NCBI GenBank assembly: GCA_026713705.1
Contig: JAPONY010000051.1
Coordinates: 64,015 to 128,014, forward strand
Source of the DNA: Gammaproteobacteria bacterium
GTDB lineage: Bacteria; Pseudomonadota; Gammaproteobacteria; Poriferisulfidales; Poriferisulfidaceae
Direction of reading: 5' to 3'
DNA length: 64,000 bases
Below the pieces are notes generated by a model. That model saw nothing but the letters and a program-made list of their open reading frames with translations, did no database searches and had not been told where the DNA came from. Made by a program: the position numbers and the translations under genes. Of the stretch, positions 18,370-29,620 are shown piece by piece (position 1 is the stretch's first letter; each line of letters begins with the position of its first letter).

Positions 18370-19061
18370 GACTGGTCCTGGTTGCTCAAGACTTCGCGTT
18401 GCAGGAGCGTGGTGAATTCCTCGATGAAGTTGCTGTACTGCGTCAACAACTTGTCGGCCCGGTCCGTGAATCGGTTATAGGCGATGACCGCCGGAATGGC
18501 AGCAAACAGGCCCAGGGCCGTCGCCACCAGCGCCTCGGAAATTCCCGGGGCGATCATGGTCAGCATGGACGCGCCTCGAGTCGGATCCAGCGAATGGAAG
18601 GCGTTGATGATGCCCCAGACCGTTCCGAACAACCCGATGTACGGGCTGGTCGAGCCGATCGTCGCCAGCACCGGCAGATGCATCTCCAGATGCTCCGCCT
18701 CCCGGGCCAGCACCACCCGCATGCTTCGCACCGCGGTGTGGCTGATCGTATCCGGGGAGAGTTGCTTGTTCCGGGCCAGCTGCACGTATTCCCGGAAGCC
18801 GGCGCAGAACACGTCTCCGAGCGGCGGGCGCGACTGCCGCTGGCGCATCTGGTCGTAGAACTGCACCAGCTCGATGCCCTGCCAGAACTTGTCCTCGAAC
18901 TTGATCGCCTCCTGGTGCTGCCGGCGCAGGATCTGCGCCTTGTTGAAGATGATGACCCAAGAGACGAACGAGGCCAGGACCAGGATCAGCATCACGATCT
19001 GGACGGCCACGGAGGCCTGGCCCAGCATCTCCAAAATTGAAAATTCAACCATTGTCCTCAC
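18366..19061 (-). CDS. tolQ: TolQ (MotA/ExbB family)
   Basis: 231 aa with 3 TM segments and a MotA/TolQ/ExbB signature. Confidence 0.9.
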   Translation of the reverse strand: MRTMVEFSILEMLGQASVAVQIVMLILVLASFVSWVIIFNKAQILRRQHQEAIKFEDKFWQGIELVQFYDQMRQRQSRPPLGDVFCAGFREYVQLARNKQLSPDTISHTAVRSMRVVLAREAEHLEMHLPVLATIGSTSPYIGLFGTVWGIINAFHSLDPTRGASMLTMIAPGISEALVATALGLFAAIPAVIAYNRFTDRADKLLTQYSNFIEEFTTLLQREVLSNQDQS

Positions 19062-19443
19062 ACTTTTCGTAAAGATCGGGCGGCAACGGCGCCGGAGACC
19101 AACTGTCCGTGCTCAGACACGCCACCTTGATCGTCGCCTCGGCCAAGCATTCGTCTCCCCGCCACAACGCCTGTTCGAAATCGAGCGAGAGCCGGGCTCT
19201 CTTGGACAGCCGGGTCCGGACCGTCAGTTCATCGTCCAGCCGGCCCGGCAGCAGGTAGCGTGCAAACAGACTGTGCACCGCAAACACGCGCCGGTGTTCC
19301 CGCTCCAGCGATGCCAGGGTATGCCCCCGGCTGCGGAGCCATTCGGTCCGCCCACGATCCATGTAGCGGATGACTGCCGCGTGGTACAGCACGCCGCCCG
19401 CATCGGTATCCTCATAATACACCCGCACCGCAAGCTCCCCCAC
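19045..19443 (-). CDS. ybgC: Tol-Pal-associated acyl-CoA thioesterase YbgC
   Basis: 4HBT hot-dog fold (YYEDTDAGGVLYHA). Confidence 0.8.
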   Translation of the reverse strand: MGELAVRVYYEDTDAGGVLYHAAVIRYMDRGRTEWLRSRGHTLASLEREHRRVFAVHSLFARYLLPGRLDDELTVRTRLSKRARLSLDFEQALWRGDECLAEATIKVACLSTDSWSPAPLPPDLYEKCEDNG

Positions 19444-19445
19444 GA

Positions 19446-20486
19446 CTAGTCTTCCGACCGCGACAGCGGCAATTCGTCCGTTCCCGACAACGGCTCCAGC
19501 CCCAGGTGCTCGCGTGCCAGCGGCGTAGCAACCCGGCCCCGAGGAGTTCGCATCAGGAAGCCCAGTTGGATCAGGTAGGGTTCGACCACGTCCTCCAGTG
19601 TCCCGCGCTCTTCGTTGACGGCCACCGACAGGCTGTCGATCCCGACCGGCCCGCCGCCGAATTTTTCGATGATGATGCGCAGGAGCTCGCGGTCCAACCG
19701 ATCGATGCCGCAGCGATCGACGCGCATAAACTCCAGCGCCTCCGCTGCTACCGAGGCCGTCACCTGCCCGTCCGCCCGGACCTCCGCATAATCGCGCACG
19801 CGCCGCAGCAGGCGGTTCGCGATGCGCGGGGTGCCGCGCGAGCGGCGGCCGATCTCCAGCGCCCCGTCGTCGTCGACCGGAATCTCAAGGATGCCCGCCG
19901 AACGCTGGACGATGCGGGCCAACTCCTCCGCAGAATAAAAATCGAGCCGGCCGACGATGCCGAATCGCGACATCAGCGGCGGCGTCAGCAACCCGGCCCG
20001 GGTGGTCGCGCCGACCAGCGTGAACGAAGGCAGGTCCAACTGGATCGAACGCGCCGCCGCACCCTCGCCGATCATCAGGTCGATCCGGCAATCCTCCAGC
20101 GCCGGGTACAGGATCTCCTCCACGGCCGGCTGCAGGCGATGGATCTCGTCGATGAACAGCACGTCGCCTTCCTGTAGGCTGGTCAGGATCGCCGCCAGGT
20201 CTCCGCCCCGTTCCAGCACCGGCCCGGCCGACTGGCGCAACTGGCCGCCCATCTCGTGGGCGACGATGTGCGACAGGGTTGTCTTGCCGAGTCCGGGCGG
20301 CCCGAACACCAGCACATGGTCCAGCGGCCGTCCCCGCCGCTTGGCCGCTTCGATGAACACCTCGAACTGCTCGCGCAGTTCCGCCTGCCCGACGAAGTCT
20401 CCCAGTGTCCGCGGCCGAATGCTGTTCTCCAGCGACGCCTCGCCCGGCGCCGCACCGCGTTGCAACAACTGCTCCTCGCTCATCAC
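19446..20486 (-). CDS. ruvB: Holliday junction helicase RuvB
   Basis: Walker [11 protein letters not shown] and the AAA+ RuvB signature. Confidence 0.95.
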   Translation of the reverse strand: MMSEEQLLQRGAAPGEASLENSIRPRTLGDFVGQAELREQFEVFIEAAKRRGRPLDHVLVFGPPGLGKTTLSHIVAHEMGGQLRQSAGPVLERGGDLAAILTSLQEGDVLFIDEIHRLQPAVEEILYPALEDCRIDLMIGEGAAARSIQLDLPSFTLVGATTRAGLLTPPLMSRFGIVGRLDFYSAEELARIVQRSAGILEIPVDDDGALEIGRRSRGTPRIANRLLRRVRDYAEVRADGQVTASVAAEALEFMRVDRCGIDRLDRELLRIIIEKFGGGPVGIDSLSVAVNEERGTLEDVVEPYLIQLGFLMRTPRGRVATPLAREHLGLEPLSGTDELPLSRSED

Positions 20487-21100
20487 ACGCTCCCCTGCAG
20501 GGCCTGGCGAATGATTTCCTCGGCCTCCAGCCCCTGTGTCTCGATGGCGCCGATCATGCGCCGGGCCTCCGCCGGCTTCCAGCCCAGGCGCACCAGCCCT
20601 TGCTGTGCCTCATACTGCGGCGTGGCCGCCTCGGCCATTTCGGCATCCTCCGCCTTCAACACCATGTGCCGCAGTTCCACCAGCAGCCGCTGAGCGGTCT
20701 TCTCGCCGATGCCCGGCACCTGGGTCAAGCCTTCCATGTTCCCCGCCTCCACGTGCTGGCGCAACGTCACCCCCGGCAGCGCCGACAGGATCGCCAGCGC
20801 GGTCTTGGCCCCGATCCCGGAAATCCGTATCAACTGGCTGAACCGCTGGCGCTCCGCTTCGTCGGCAAAACCGAACAGGGTATGCGCATTCTCGCGCACC
20901 ACCAGCAGGGTCGGAAGCACCACTTCCGAATCGTCCTGCGGCAACTTGTCGAACGTGGCCATCGACGCCAGCACCCGATAACCCACGCCGCCCGCCTCCA
21001 CGATCAGCTCCGGAGGCTGCCGGTAAGTCACGGGTCCGCGCAGATACGCAATCATGTCGAGCACTCCTGCGGCGTCAGCAGACGGCTGTGCGCATGGCAC
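20483..21100 (-). CDS. ruvA: Holliday junction DNA helicase RuvA
   Basis: RuvA domains I-III, with HhH motifs. Confidence 0.9.
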   Translation of the reverse strand: MPCAQPSADAAGVLDMIAYLRGPVTYRQPPELIVEAGGVGYRVLASMATFDKLPQDDSEVVLPTLLVVRENAHTLFGFADEAERQRFSQLIRISGIGAKTALAILSALPGVTLRQHVEAGNMEGLTQVPGIGEKTAQRLLVELRHMVLKAEDAEMAEAATPQYEAQQGLVRLGWKPAEARRMIGAIETQGLEAEEIIRQALQGSV

Positions 21101-21555
21101 AGGGCCAGCCCCAGGGCATCCGCCTCGTCCGCCTGCGGCGATTCGGCCAGTCCCAACAGGCGCTGCACCATGAACTGAACCTGCTCCTTGGTGGCCCCGC
21201 CTCGGCCGGTGACCGCCTGCTTCATGCTTCGCGGGGAATATTCGAACACCTCGACCTCGCGCACCACGCAGGCGCTGATCAGCGCCCCGCGGGCCTGCCC
21301 GAGCTTGAGCGCCGTACCCGCATTGGCCGAGACGAACGACGCCTCGACCACGGCGCAGTCCGGGGCATAGACTTCAAGCACTTCGCTGAGCTGCCGGAAC
21401 AATTCTCCCAGTCGCTCGGGAATCGGGCCCTGTGCCGGACAGATCTGCCCGCTGGCCTGGTATCGGTGACGGTATCCGTCGGTCTCGATCACGCCGTAGC
21501 CGGTGCGCCGCAGACCGGGGTCCACGCCAATCAGCCGAATCGTTTCAGGTTGCAT
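21052..21555 (-). CDS. ruvC: Holliday junction resolvase RuvC
   Basis: IRLIGVDPGLRRTGYGVI N-terminus; trimmed to the ATG at 21555. Confidence 0.85.
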   Translation of the reverse strand: MQPETIRLIGVDPGLRRTGYGVIETDGYRHRYQASGQICPAQGPIPERLGELFRQLSEVLEVYAPDCAVVEASFVSANAGTALKLGQARGALISACVVREVEVFEYSPRSMKQAVTGRGGATKEQVQFMVQRLLGLAESPQADEADALGLALCHAHSRLLTPQECST

Positions 21556-22285
21556 ACGCGGAATCCGGGATGCTCGCGTTGGTATAGACGCTTTGCACGT
21601 CGTCCAGCTCCTCCAGCCCATCCACGAGCCTCATGAGCTTCTGCGCCTCTTCACCTTCCAGCTCGACCAGGGTCTGCGCCCGCATCGTCACCTCGGCATG
21701 ATCCGGCGCCCGTCCCGACTCGGTCAGGCTCTGCCGGACCGTCACAAAATCCTGGGGTTGGGTCAGCACCTCCACCGAATCGTCGTCCAGCACCACCAGG
21801 TCATCGGCGCCCGCTTCCACGGCCTGATCCATCAGGCCGTCCGCATCCGTGCCCGGCGCATAGCTCAGTACCCCCACCGCCGAGAACAAGTACGTCACCG
21901 AGCCGCTGTTGCCCAGGCTGCCGCCGTGCTTGCCGAGCGTGTGCCGGACCTCGGAGACCGTGCGGTTCCGGTTGTCGCTGAGACAGTCGATCAGCACCGC
22001 CACCCCGCCCGGACCGTAACCTTCATAACGGATTTCCTCGTACGTGGCGCTGTCCGCATCGCCGCAACCGCGCTTGATCGCGCGCTCCACCGTGTCCTTC
22101 GGCATGTTCGCCGACATCGCCTTGTCCAGCGCCAGGCGCAATCGGGAATTGTCGGCCGGGTCCGGCCCGCCGATCTTCGCCGCCACCATCACTTCCCGGA
22201 TCAGCTTGGAAAACAGTTTGCCGCGCTTGTCGTCCTGCCGCTTCTTGCGGTGCTGGATATTGGCCCATTTGCTGTGACCCGCCAT
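21545..22285 (-). CDS. yebC: YebC/PmpR-family transcriptional regulator
   Basis: MAGHSKWANIQHRK signature N-terminus. Confidence 0.9.
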   Translation of the reverse strand: MAGHSKWANIQHRKKRQDDKRGKLFSKLIREVMVAAKIGGPDPADNSRLRLALDKAMSANMPKDTVERAIKRGCGDADSATYEEIRYEGYGPGGVAVLIDCLSDNRNRTVSEVRHTLGKHGGSLGNSGSVTYLFSAVGVLSYAPGTDADGLMDQAVEAGADDLVVLDDDSVEVLTQPQDFVTVRQSLTESGRAPDHAEVTMRAQTLVELEGEEAQKLMRLVDGLEELDDVQSVYTNASIPDSAYAT

Positions 22286-22288
22286 GAT

Positions 22289-22777
22289 TTAATCTGCCCC
22301 GCCGCGACTCCCGCTTATCTTACCCGCAGGCGAGCCGATCGGAACCCAGTCCAAGATCGCCTGGCGGTTCGTGTAGGAAGACGCGCGCTGCGCCGCCTCC
22401 ACCCGGGGCAACCACTCGTATTCCGTATGCTCCAGAGCATCCAAAGTCACCGGGCAGGCATCGGGCACCTCCAGGCGAAACACATGCTCGCGGTTCTCCG
22501 TCACCCCCTCGGCGTAGCGGTGGCGCCAGATCTCGTAAATCTCGAACAGGTGACTGTCGTGGCAGTCCTCCAGAGCCGTGGCTTCCAGCCCCGTCTCCTC
22601 GACCAACTCCCGCCGGGCGGCCTGTTCCGGTTCCTCGCCCCACTCCAGGCTGCCGGTCACCGACTGCCAGAATGTCGGCGGCTCATGCCGCCGGAGCATC
22701 AGCACCTGGGAGTCGGCGCTGTAGACCACCACCAGCACCGATTCCGGCCGCTTGTGGGAAGGCGCCTCCACCGTCAT
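22289..22777 (-). CDS. nudB: Nudix hydrolase, NudB-like (dihydroneopterin triphosphate diphosphatase position)
   Basis: Nudix box [22 protein letters not shown]; conserved aspS-nudB-yebC-ruvC synteny. Confidence 0.7.
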   Translation of the reverse strand: MTVEAPSHKRPESVLVVVYSADSQVLMLRRHEPPTFWQSVTGSLEWGEEPEQAARRELVEETGLEATALEDCHDSHLFEIYEIWRHRYAEGVTENREHVFRLEVPDACPVTLDALEHTEYEWLPRVEAAQRASSYTNRQAILDWVPIGSPAGKISGSRGGAD

Positions 22778-24552
22778 GACTGCTTCCGGATCCGGCTGAG
22801 GCCGAGCTCGCGCAGCTGGTCCATCTCCACCATCTCGGGTGCCCCGGTCAGCAGGCAGTTGGCCGTCTGGGTCTTGGGGAACGCGATCACGTCCCGGATC
22901 GCCTCGGCCCCGGTCAGAAGCATTACCAAGCGGTCGAAGCCGAACGCGATGCCGCCGTGCGGCGGACAGCCGTAGCGCAGAGCGTCCAGCAGGAACCCGA
23001 ACTTGGCGCGCGCCTCCTCGGCGTCGATGCCGAGCAATGCGAAGACCGACTGCTGGATTTCCGGACGGTGGATGCGGATCGAGCCGCCGCCGACCTCCAC
23101 GCCGTTGATCACCATGTCGTAGGCCCGTGCGCGCACCGCGCCCGGGTCGGTTTCCAGTTGCGCCGCGTCCTCGATCGCCGGCGCCGTGAACGGGTGATGC
23201 ATGGCCAGCCAGCGTTGCGTCTCGGGGTCCTGCTCAAGCAGCGGGAAATCGACCACCCAGAGAGGCTGCCAGCCTTCTTCGTGCAAGCCCAGGTCCTGCG
23301 CCAGGCGCTCGCGCAGGAAGGACAGCGCGGCATTGACGATGTCTGCGCGGTCCGCGCCGAACACGATCAGGTCCCCGTCCTGCGCCCCCGTGCGCTCCAG
23401 GATGCCGGCCACCGCCTCGTCATGCAGGAACTTCAGGAATCCCGCCTGCAGGCCGCCGCGGCCCTGCCCGACCTGGTTGCATTTGATGTAAGCGAGGCCT
23501 TTCGCGCCATACGGCTTGATGGCTTCGGTGTAGGCATCGATCTGCCCGAGGCTCATGCCGGCCGCCCCCGGAATGCGCATCGCCGCCACCCGCGCGCCCT
23601 TGCGGTTGGCCGGCTCCCGGAAGACCTTGAACTCCACCTCGGTCAGGAGGTCCGCCACATCCACGAACTCCATACCGGAGATCCGAAGGTCCGGGCGGTC
23701 GGTCCCGAACCGGCGCATGGCTTCGGCGTAGGCCAGACGCGGAAACGGCTCCGGAAGGGAAATCTCCGCAACCTCGAACATGGTGCGAGCCAGCTCTTCC
23801 ATCAGATCCAGGATCTGCGCTTCCTCGAGGAACGAGGTCTCGATGTCGATCTGGGTGAATTCCGGCTGACGGTCCTGGCGCGGGTCCTCGTCGCGGAAGC
23901 AACGCACGATCTGATAGTAGCGATCCACGCCGCCGATCATCAGCATCTGCTTGAACAACTGCGGGGACTGCGGCAGCGCGAAGCATGCCCCGGTGTGGGT
24001 CCGGCTCGGCACCAGGTACTCCCGGGCCCCTTCCGGGGTTGCGCGGGTCAGCATCGGCGTCTCGACTTCCAGGAATCCTTGTGCATCCAGGTACTGCCGC
24101 ACCGCGGCTGCCAGCCGGGCGCGGGTGCGCAGGCGTTCCTGCATTACCGGGCGGCGCAACTCCATATAGCGGTAGCGCAGGCGGTGGTCCTCGTGCACCT
24201 GTTCGTCGTCCAGCTGGTACGGCGGGGTGTCGGACGGGTTCAGAATGTCCAGTTCTGCGCAAACCACCTCGATCTCGCCGGTCGGCAGCGCCGGATTGAC
24301 CGTTCCCTCGGGACGGGCGCGAACCTGTCCCGTGACCGCCAGCACGAATTCGGTGCGTATCTGCTCAGCCAGGGAAAACAACTCGGCCTGCTCGGGGTTC
24401 ACCACGACCTGGACCAGCCCGCTGTGGTCGCGCAGGTCCACGAAAATGATTCCGCCGTGGTCGCGGCGCCGGTTGACCCACCCGAACAGCTGCACCTCCT
24501 GCCCGATCTGGTCCGCCCGGACCTCCCCGCAGTAATCGCGCCCTTCAGTCAT
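22774..24552 (-). CDS. aspS: aspartyl-tRNA synthetase
   Basis: Class II aaRS motifs and an OB anticodon-binding N-terminus. Trimmed from the 673-aa ORF to ATG 24552 (593 aa, matching the E. coli length). Confidence 0.95.
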   Translation of the reverse strand: MTEGRDYCGEVRADQIGQEVQLFGWVNRRRDHGGIIFVDLRDHSGLVQVVVNPEQAELFSLAEQIRTEFVLAVTGQVRARPEGTVNPALPTGEIEVVCAELDILNPSDTPPYQLDDEQVHEDHRLRYRYMELRRPVMQERLRTRARLAAAVRQYLDAQGFLEVETPMLTRATPEGAREYLVPSRTHTGACFALPQSPQLFKQMLMIGGVDRYYQIVRCFRDEDPRQDRQPEFTQIDIETSFLEEAQILDLMEELARTMFEVAEISLPEPFPRLAYAEAMRRFGTDRPDLRISGMEFVDVADLLTEVEFKVFREPANRKGARVAAMRIPGAAGMSLGQIDAYTEAIKPYGAKGLAYIKCNQVGQGRGGLQAGFLKFLHDEAVAGILERTGAQDGDLIVFGADRADIVNAALSFLRERLAQDLGLHEEGWQPLWVVDFPLLEQDPETQRWLAMHHPFTAPAIEDAAQLETDPGAVRARAYDMVINGVEVGGGSIRIHRPEIQQSVFALLGIDAEEARAKFGFLLDALRYGCPPHGGIAFGFDRLVMLLTGAEAIRDVIAFPKTQTANCLLTGAPEMVEMDQLRELGLSRIRKQS

Positions 24553-24566
24553 CGGAATGTCCGCCT

Positions 24567-24878
24567 TCAACCGCCGGAGACCCCGGCCTGCGATGCACTC
24601 CCGCCGGATGCCTTCGCTTCGGGCTTGCCCTTGGAAGGTGGGCTCTTGTCGCTTTTCGATTCTGTCTTTTTCTTGTCCGCTTCCTTGCCCGGCTTCTTCC
24701 CCTTGAAGTCGGTCTCGTACCAGCCGCTGCCCTTGAGCCGGAACCCGGCCGCCGTCAGCTGCTTGCGCAAACGATCCTCGCCACACTGCGGACACCGGGC
24801 CAGAGGGGCGTCATTGACCTTCTGCAGAACCTCGAGGTCATGCTCGCAGGCTTCGCAACGGTAATGATAAATCGGCAT
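24567..24878 (-). CDS. FmdB-family zinc-ribbon protein with K/S-rich tail
   Basis: [18 protein letters not shown] CxxC..CxxC ribbon. Confidence 0.7.
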   Translation of the reverse strand: MPIYHYRCEACEHDLEVLQKVNDAPLARCPQCGEDRLRKQLTAAGFRLKGSGWYETDFKGKKPGKEADKKKTESKSDKSPPSKGKPEAKASGGSASQAGVSGG

Positions 24879-24880
24879 CG

Positions 24881-25384
24881 TCAGATCAGGCGCGGTTCAT
24901 TGGCGCGCTGATTATAAGGTTCGACCGAATCGCCGACCCGGATCAGGCCGCCTTCCAGGATGCGTGCCGTCACGCCACCCATTCCGGTCATCGCGTTGCA
25001 TCCGCCGAACCCCAGCGCTGTCTCCATGGCGCGGCACGGCGGACAATCGCCGGTGCCCTCGAACAGCGCCGCACCGACCCGGAACCGTTGTCCGACCAAG
25101 GCCCGGAGATTGATGCCGGACACCACGAGGTTGCGGCGCAGCAGGCCCGGCTCCGGCGCACGTTTCGCCAGCGACCCGATCACGGGCAGATGTTCGGACT
25201 GCATCAGGGTCACCTGGCGTCGCCCGCCTGCCCGCTTGGTCGCATGATCTTCAGCCAGCCCACGGTCCGGAATGGCCTGCACTTCTTCGAGAATTTCGAC
25301 TGGCTGTCCGCGTCGGGAGCGAACCCCAATCCACTCAACACGACCTGCAGAAGGAAAACACGCACGTGGATCATTCGGACTCAT
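24881..25384 (-). CDS. MOSC-domain protein
   Basis: MOSC beta-barrel with conserved Cys ([10 protein letters not shown]). Start trimmed to ATG 25384, overlapping the serS stop. Confidence 0.7.
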   Translation of the reverse strand: MSPNDPRACFPSAGRVEWIGVRSRRGQPVEILEEVQAIPDRGLAEDHATKRAGGRRQVTLMQSEHLPVIGSLAKRAPEPGLLRRNLVVSGINLRALVGQRFRVGAALFEGTGDCPPCRAMETALGFGGCNAMTGMGGVTARILEGGLIRVGDSVEPYNQRANEPRLI

Positions 25385-26661
25385 TCCGCCGCACCCAGCC
25401 GGGTCACGCCGCCCATCCAGGGTTCCAGGCACTCCGGAATCCGCACGGACCCGTCCTCGCACTGGTGGTTTTCCAGAACCGCCACCAGCGTACGGCCGAC
25501 GGCCAGGCCGGAGCCGTTCAAGGTATGCAGCAACTGCGGCGCTTCCTCGGGACCGGGCCGGAAACGCGCCTTGACCCTCCGCGCCTGAAAGTCCCGGAAA
25601 TTGCTGCAGGAAGAAATCTCCCGGTAGGTTTTCTGGCTGGGCAGCCAGACTTCCAGGTCATAGGTGCGGGCAGCCGCAAAACCGATATCACCCCCGCACA
25701 AGGAAATCACCCGATACGGCAGGCCCAGCTCCTTCAGGACGACCTCCACATGGAGGGTCAATTCCTCCAGCGCCGCTTCCGACTCTTCCGGGCGCACGGC
25801 CAGAACCAGTTCCACTTTCTCGAATTGATGCTGCCGGATCAAGCCCCGGGTGTCCATGCCGTACGATCCCGCCTCTGCCCGGAAGCACGGCGTATGCGCT
25901 ACTTTTTTCCAAGGCAGGTCTGAGGCTTCCAGAATCGTGTCGCGCAGCAGGTTCGTCAACGGCACCTCGGCGGTGGGAATCAGGAAATGCTCCTCACCGT
26001 CCAGCGCAAACAGGTCCTCGCGGAACTTGGGCAGCTGCCCGGTTCCCTCCAGGCTGGCCGCGTTCACCAGGTACGGAACGTAGCATTCCTGGTAGCCATG
26101 CCCGCGTGTGTGGATGTCCAGCATGAATTGGGTCAGCGCCCGGTGCAGGAGCGCCAGTTCGCCCTGCAGCACCGAAAAGCGCGCCCCGGACATGGCCGCG
26201 GCCTGTTCCGTGTCGATCAACCCCCAGCGCTCGCCGAGCTGCATATGATCGAGCGGCTCGAAATCGAAATCCGCCGGTTCGCCCCAGCGGCGCAATTCCA
26301 GGTTGTCCTTCGCGTCCTTGCCGTCCGGGACTTCCGGATCCAGCAGGTTCGGCATGCCGATCAGCCACGCGTCGAGCTTCTGCCGGATCAACCCCAGCGC
26401 CACCTGGCGGCTCTTCAACTGGTCGCCCAAATCGGACACCTGCGCCATCAGTTCGGCGGCATCCTCGCCCTGCTGCCGGGCTTCGCCGATACGTTTCGAC
26501 AGGGTGTTGCGCTGTGCCTGGAGGGATTCCGCCGCGCTTTGCACGGCTTTGCGCTCCGCCTCCAGTTCGGCGTAGATCGCCACATCGAAGACAAACCCCC
26601 GCCGAGCAAGATTTTCCGCGACCGCGCGCGGGTCGGCGCGTAAGAGTTTCGGGTCCAGCAT
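25381..26661 (-). CDS. serS: seryl-tRNA synthetase
   Basis: N-terminal coiled-coil arm plus a class II catalytic core. Confidence 0.95.
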   Translation of the reverse strand: MLDPKLLRADPRAVAENLARRGFVFDVAIYAELEAERKAVQSAAESLQAQRNTLSKRIGEARQQGEDAAELMAQVSDLGDQLKSRQVALGLIRQKLDAWLIGMPNLLDPEVPDGKDAKDNLELRRWGEPADFDFEPLDHMQLGERWGLIDTEQAAAMSGARFSVLQGELALLHRALTQFMLDIHTRGHGYQECYVPYLVNAASLEGTGQLPKFREDLFALDGEEHFLIPTAEVPLTNLLRDTILEASDLPWKKVAHTPCFRAEAGSYGMDTRGLIRQHQFEKVELVLAVRPEESEAALEELTLHVEVVLKELGLPYRVISLCGGDIGFAAARTYDLEVWLPSQKTYREISSCSNFRDFQARRVKARFRPGPEEAPQLLHTLNGSGLAVGRTLVAVLENHQCEDGSVRIPECLEPWMGGVTRLGAAE

Positions 26662-26673
26662 GCGCGCGCTCGT

Positions 26674-26976
26674 CTACGCGCTCGGCGGCTTCCAGATTCC
26701 GAACGCCTTCGCGGGGTCCGCAGCCGGCGGCTCGGGCCGCTGCTCCTGCGCCTGATTCATCACATCGCTCATAACATGTCCGCTGAACGCATTGATTTCA
26801 CTAAGTAATTCTTCTTTCTCAGCGGGTGGGCGGTTGATGTTTCCGACCAGCAGGCCGACCACGGCCGCCAGGTATTGAGCAGAAACCAAAGTGTCCTGGC
26901 TCTGGGCATCGTGCTCGTGCAGCACGCGCATGAGTTCCTGCAGCAGTTCTCGAGTCAGATTGATTGGCTGTGCCAT
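26674..26976 (-). CDS. small hypothetical protein, possibly YejL/UPF0352-like
   Basis: 100-aa ORF with a hydrophobic-periodicity pattern resembling YejL (LLxELxxVLxxH...N); a weak call. Confidence 0.4.
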   Translation of the reverse strand: MAQPINLTRELLQELMRVLHEHDAQSQDTLVSAQYLAAVVGLLVGNINRPPAEKEELLSEINAFSGHVMSDVMNQAQEQRPEPPAADPAKAFGIWKPPSA

Positions 26977-27007
26977 TGGCTTCTTGCCCCCGGTTCAAGC
27001 GGATAAA

Positions 27008-27084
27008 TGGCGCGCCCGGAGGGATTCGAACCCCCGACCTTGTGGTTCGTAGCCACACACTCTATCCAACTGAGCTACGGGCGC
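27008..27084 (-). tRNA. tRNA-Arg (anticodon ACG)
   Basis: Reverse complement reads GCGCCCGTAGCTCAGTTGGATAGAGTGTGTGGCTACGAACCACAAGGTCGGGGGTTCGAATCCCTCCGGGCGCGCCA. Confidence 0.9.
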
Positions 27085-27176
27085 ACGGGACATTGGATGC
27101 CCTAAATCAGGCAAAGCCAAATTATAGCCGATGCAGTAATTTGACTAGAGACCCATAAATATGGGAACATGGGGGA

Positions 27177-27443
27177 ATGAAAACGACCGTCGAACTCCCC
27201 GACGCCACATTCCGGCGTGTCAAAGCGATTGTCGCGAACCGCGGCACCACCCTGAAACAGTTTTTCACGACCGCACTAGAAGAGCAGATCCGACGCTATA
27301 CACAGGAGACACAGGCTCGCGAAGCGGAAGCGCCGTGGATGGCTGGATTTGGCGTTCTCTCCGACTTGTCAGGAGAAAATAAGCGGATTTTGGAACTGAT
27401 CGAAGAGGAATTCGAAGCGCTTGACCCCGAAGACGTAACGTGA
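27177..27443 (+). CDS. vapB: VapB-type antitoxin
   Basis: 88-aa protein immediately upstream of a PIN toxin, overlapping it by 4 bp. Confidence 0.7.
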   Translation: MKTTVELPDATFRRVKAIVANRGTTLKQFFTTALEEQIRRYTQETQAREAEAPWMAGFGVLSDLSGENKRILELIEEEFEALDPEDVT

Positions 27444-27817
27444 TCCTAGACACCAATGCCCTGTCCGCATGGGCGGAAGGACTCCCCACGATGGAAGTGC
27501 CTTTCCGCTCTGCCGACCGCCTCGTTGTTCCGAGCATCGTTCTCGGCGAATACTATTTCGGAATTCGCCAATCACTTCATCAGAATCGCTACGAAGATTG
27601 GCTGCGTCAATCCCTGCCCTTGGTCGAGGTCGTCGCCGTAACTCCGGAAACCGCAGACGCATACGCCAATATCCGCCTTGAATTGAAACAGCGGGGAACC
27701 CCGATCCCTTCCAATGACACCTGGATTGCAGCGCTTGCCCGTCAACACGCCCTCCCGGTACTGAGCAGGGATGCCCATTTCGACGCAGTTGACGGCATTC
27801 AGCGTATTGCCTTTTGA
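27440..27817 (+). CDS. vapC: VapC PIN-domain ribonuclease toxin
   Basis: MILDTNAL.. N-terminus, conserved acidic residues, and a ..SNDTWIAA.. motif. Confidence 0.85.
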   Translation: MILDTNALSAWAEGLPTMEVPFRSADRLVVPSIVLGEYYFGIRQSLHQNRYEDWLRQSLPLVEVVAVTPETADAYANIRLELKQRGTPIPSNDTWIAALARQHALPVLSRDAHFDAVDGIQRIAF

Positions 27818-27868
27818 CTACACGCACCCCTTGCGCCTTGACCTGATTCAAAGAGGAAATCCAGAAAA

Positions 27869-28210
27869 ATGACAATGGGGCAAACCCGGGCTGGCCGGGA
27901 AGTTGAGTCTGCATTAGACGAAGTTCTCTCTCATGTACGCGGCAAAGCCGATCTGACGTGCCGGATCGTTGACGATCCCTCTGCGGACCAAATTCTGGCC
28001 CTGCGCAAGCGCCTGAAACTAAGCCGGGAGAAGTTCGCGAAGCGCTTTGGCCTGAATGCGCGTGCCATACAAGATTGGGAACAAGGTCGTCGCGTTCCTG
28101 ACCGGGCGGCCCGAGTCTTGTTGACCGTCATCGCTCATGATCCGGACGCGGTCGTGCGGGCACTTGGTGAACAGAGGAAGTCCCTGTCAAAACAACCCTT
28201 GGATTCCTGA
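27869..28210 (+). CDS. XRE-family HTH antitoxin, HigA2-like, with no cognate toxin adjacent
   Basis: ..LRKRLKLSREKFAKRFGLNARAIQDWEQGRRVPDRAARVLL.. matches the HigA-2-type C-terminal HTH. Confidence 0.6.
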   Translation: MTMGQTRAGREVESALDEVLSHVRGKADLTCRIVDDPSADQILALRKRLKLSREKFAKRFGLNARAIQDWEQGRRVPDRAARVLLTVIAHDPDAVVRALGEQRKSLSKQPLDS

Positions 28211-28306
28211 CAAGACGCTTCGGCAATCTTTTCACCACCCTGCACCGGGGCAGGCTCAAAACTCCAGCCCCCGCCTGATAGATATTCGTCCCTTTGTGTG
28301 ACTGCC

Positions 28307-28753
28307 TCAGTGGCAGGCCTGCCCAAGTGCCTTGAGTCGCCAGTAGTTATAGGGCCAGGGCGTCACGAACCCCGCCGCCAAGGCGGGCAATAACGACCAC
28401 CACCGCAACTGCAGGCTGCCCACCAGCATCCAGTCCGTCAGGTTCATCGCGATCTCCATCGACACCATGCTGATCAAGCTCATTCCCGCCGCCGTGCGTA
28501 AGGCTTCGTTCGCCGGCATGCTGCGCATCAGCAGGATCGTCTCCAGGACAATACTGGTCAGGATGCCGTTGAACATGGCCAAGCCCAGCACCAGCCACGG
28601 CGAGACCTCGATCTGGTAATGCTGGAAGTAGTAGATCGTGCCGAAGTCGCCGATGGCGCAGCCGATCAGGCACCAAAGCGTGTTGTAGGCGGACTTGCCC
28701 CAAGTAAGGCGGCACCGCCAGTCGATGGAATACCAGTGCGCGGCCTGCTCCAC
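28307..28753 (-). CDS. small integral membrane protein of unknown function
   Basis: 148-aa ORF with 3-4 hydrophobic helices, 3 bp downstream of the HIT gene; the start is uncertain. Confidence 0.45.
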   Translation of the reverse strand: MEQAAHWYSIDWRCRLTWGKSAYNTLWCLIGCAIGDFGTIYYFQHYQIEVSPWLVLGLAMFNGILTSIVLETILLMRSMPANEALRTAAGMSLISMVSMEIAMNLTDWMLVGSLQLRWWSLLPALAAGFVTPWPYNYWRLKALGQACH

Positions 28754-28756
28754 GGC

Positions 28757-29101
28757 TCAGCCCGGCGGCCAGCCGAATGGACGTCCGGCCAGCAAGTGCA
28801 CGTGCAGGTGGAACACCGACTGCCCGACTTCGGCGCCGTTGTTGATCACCAGCCGGAAAGCTTCCCTGCAACCCAATTGTTCGGCCACCTTCCCCGCCAC
28901 CAGCAGCAAGTGGCCCAGCATTGCCTGGTCCCCCTCTTCCGCATTCGCCACCCGGTCCAGCGGCTGGCGCGGCACAATCAGTACATGCGTCGGCGCCTGC
29001 GGGTTGACGTCCCGGAACGCCACGCAGACCTCGTCTTCGTACACGAAATCCGCGGGAATCTCGCGGTCGATGATTTTCTCGAACAGGGTCGGCTCGGTCA
29101 C
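28757..29101 (-). CDS. HIT-family histidine-triad nucleotide hydrolase
   Basis: HLHVHLL histidine triad. Confidence 0.85.
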   Translation of the reverse strand: MTEPTLFEKIIDREIPADFVYEDEVCVAFRDVNPQAPTHVLIVPRQPLDRVANAEEGDQAMLGHLLLVAGKVAEQLGCREAFRLVINNGAEVGQSVFHLHVHLLAGRPFGWPPG

Positions 29102-29125
29102 GCTCGCCTCAGAAGCAATCTGCCA

Positions 29126-29620
29126 TTACTGTTCGGCATAGGCCCGAATGCGCAACAGCAACGCTTCGATCAGCTCCCCTTGCAATTCCTTCTTCAGATA
29201 CCCCCGCTCCTCCTCGGCCGCGAGGTATTCGTCCGGGTCGTACAGCCAGTGCTGGTAGCGCGACAGGACGGTCTGTGCCGACGGCTTCTCCCCCGGCCGC
29301 TGCAGTCGCACGCCCAGGTGCAACCCGACTTCGTATTCCCGAGCGTCCATGTCCGTGCTCACGCCGATGACCTGGTGGCGTTCCTGCGGACCATCCAGAT
29401 GGACGACCAGATCGGCCGCCGCATCGCCCGAGACCACCTTGACCCCGCCGCCGCGCAGTCTGCCCTTGAGCGCGTGCCGGAAGGCCGGCGAACCGCCGAT
29501 CAATTGCAATGAAGACTGCGGGATCTTGGTCGCGACCCCCTTGGAGTCCGCCAACTGGAATCCGCATCCGCTAAGGGCGAGGCAGAGAGCCGCCCCCAGC
29601 AGGAAAGAGCCTTTACGCAT
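29126..29620 (-). CDS. lptE: LPS-assembly lipoprotein LptE
   Basis: Lipobox LSGC|G; conserved position immediately downstream of leuS. Confidence 0.7.
   Translation of the reverse strand: MRKGSFLLGAALCLALSGCGFQLADSKGVATKIPQSSLQLIGGSPAFRHALKGRLRGGGVKVVSGDAAADLVVHLDGPQERHQVIGVSTDMDAREYEVGLHLGVRLQRPGEKPSAQTVLSRYQHWLYDPDEYLAAEEERGYLKKELQGELIEALLLRIRAYAEQ

Noticed and set aside
21503-24864. Plus-strand ORFs 21503-22975 (490 aa) and 22957-24864 (635 aa)
   Set aside because: Antisense to the yebC, nudB and aspS genes. They are R/H/G-rich artefacts.
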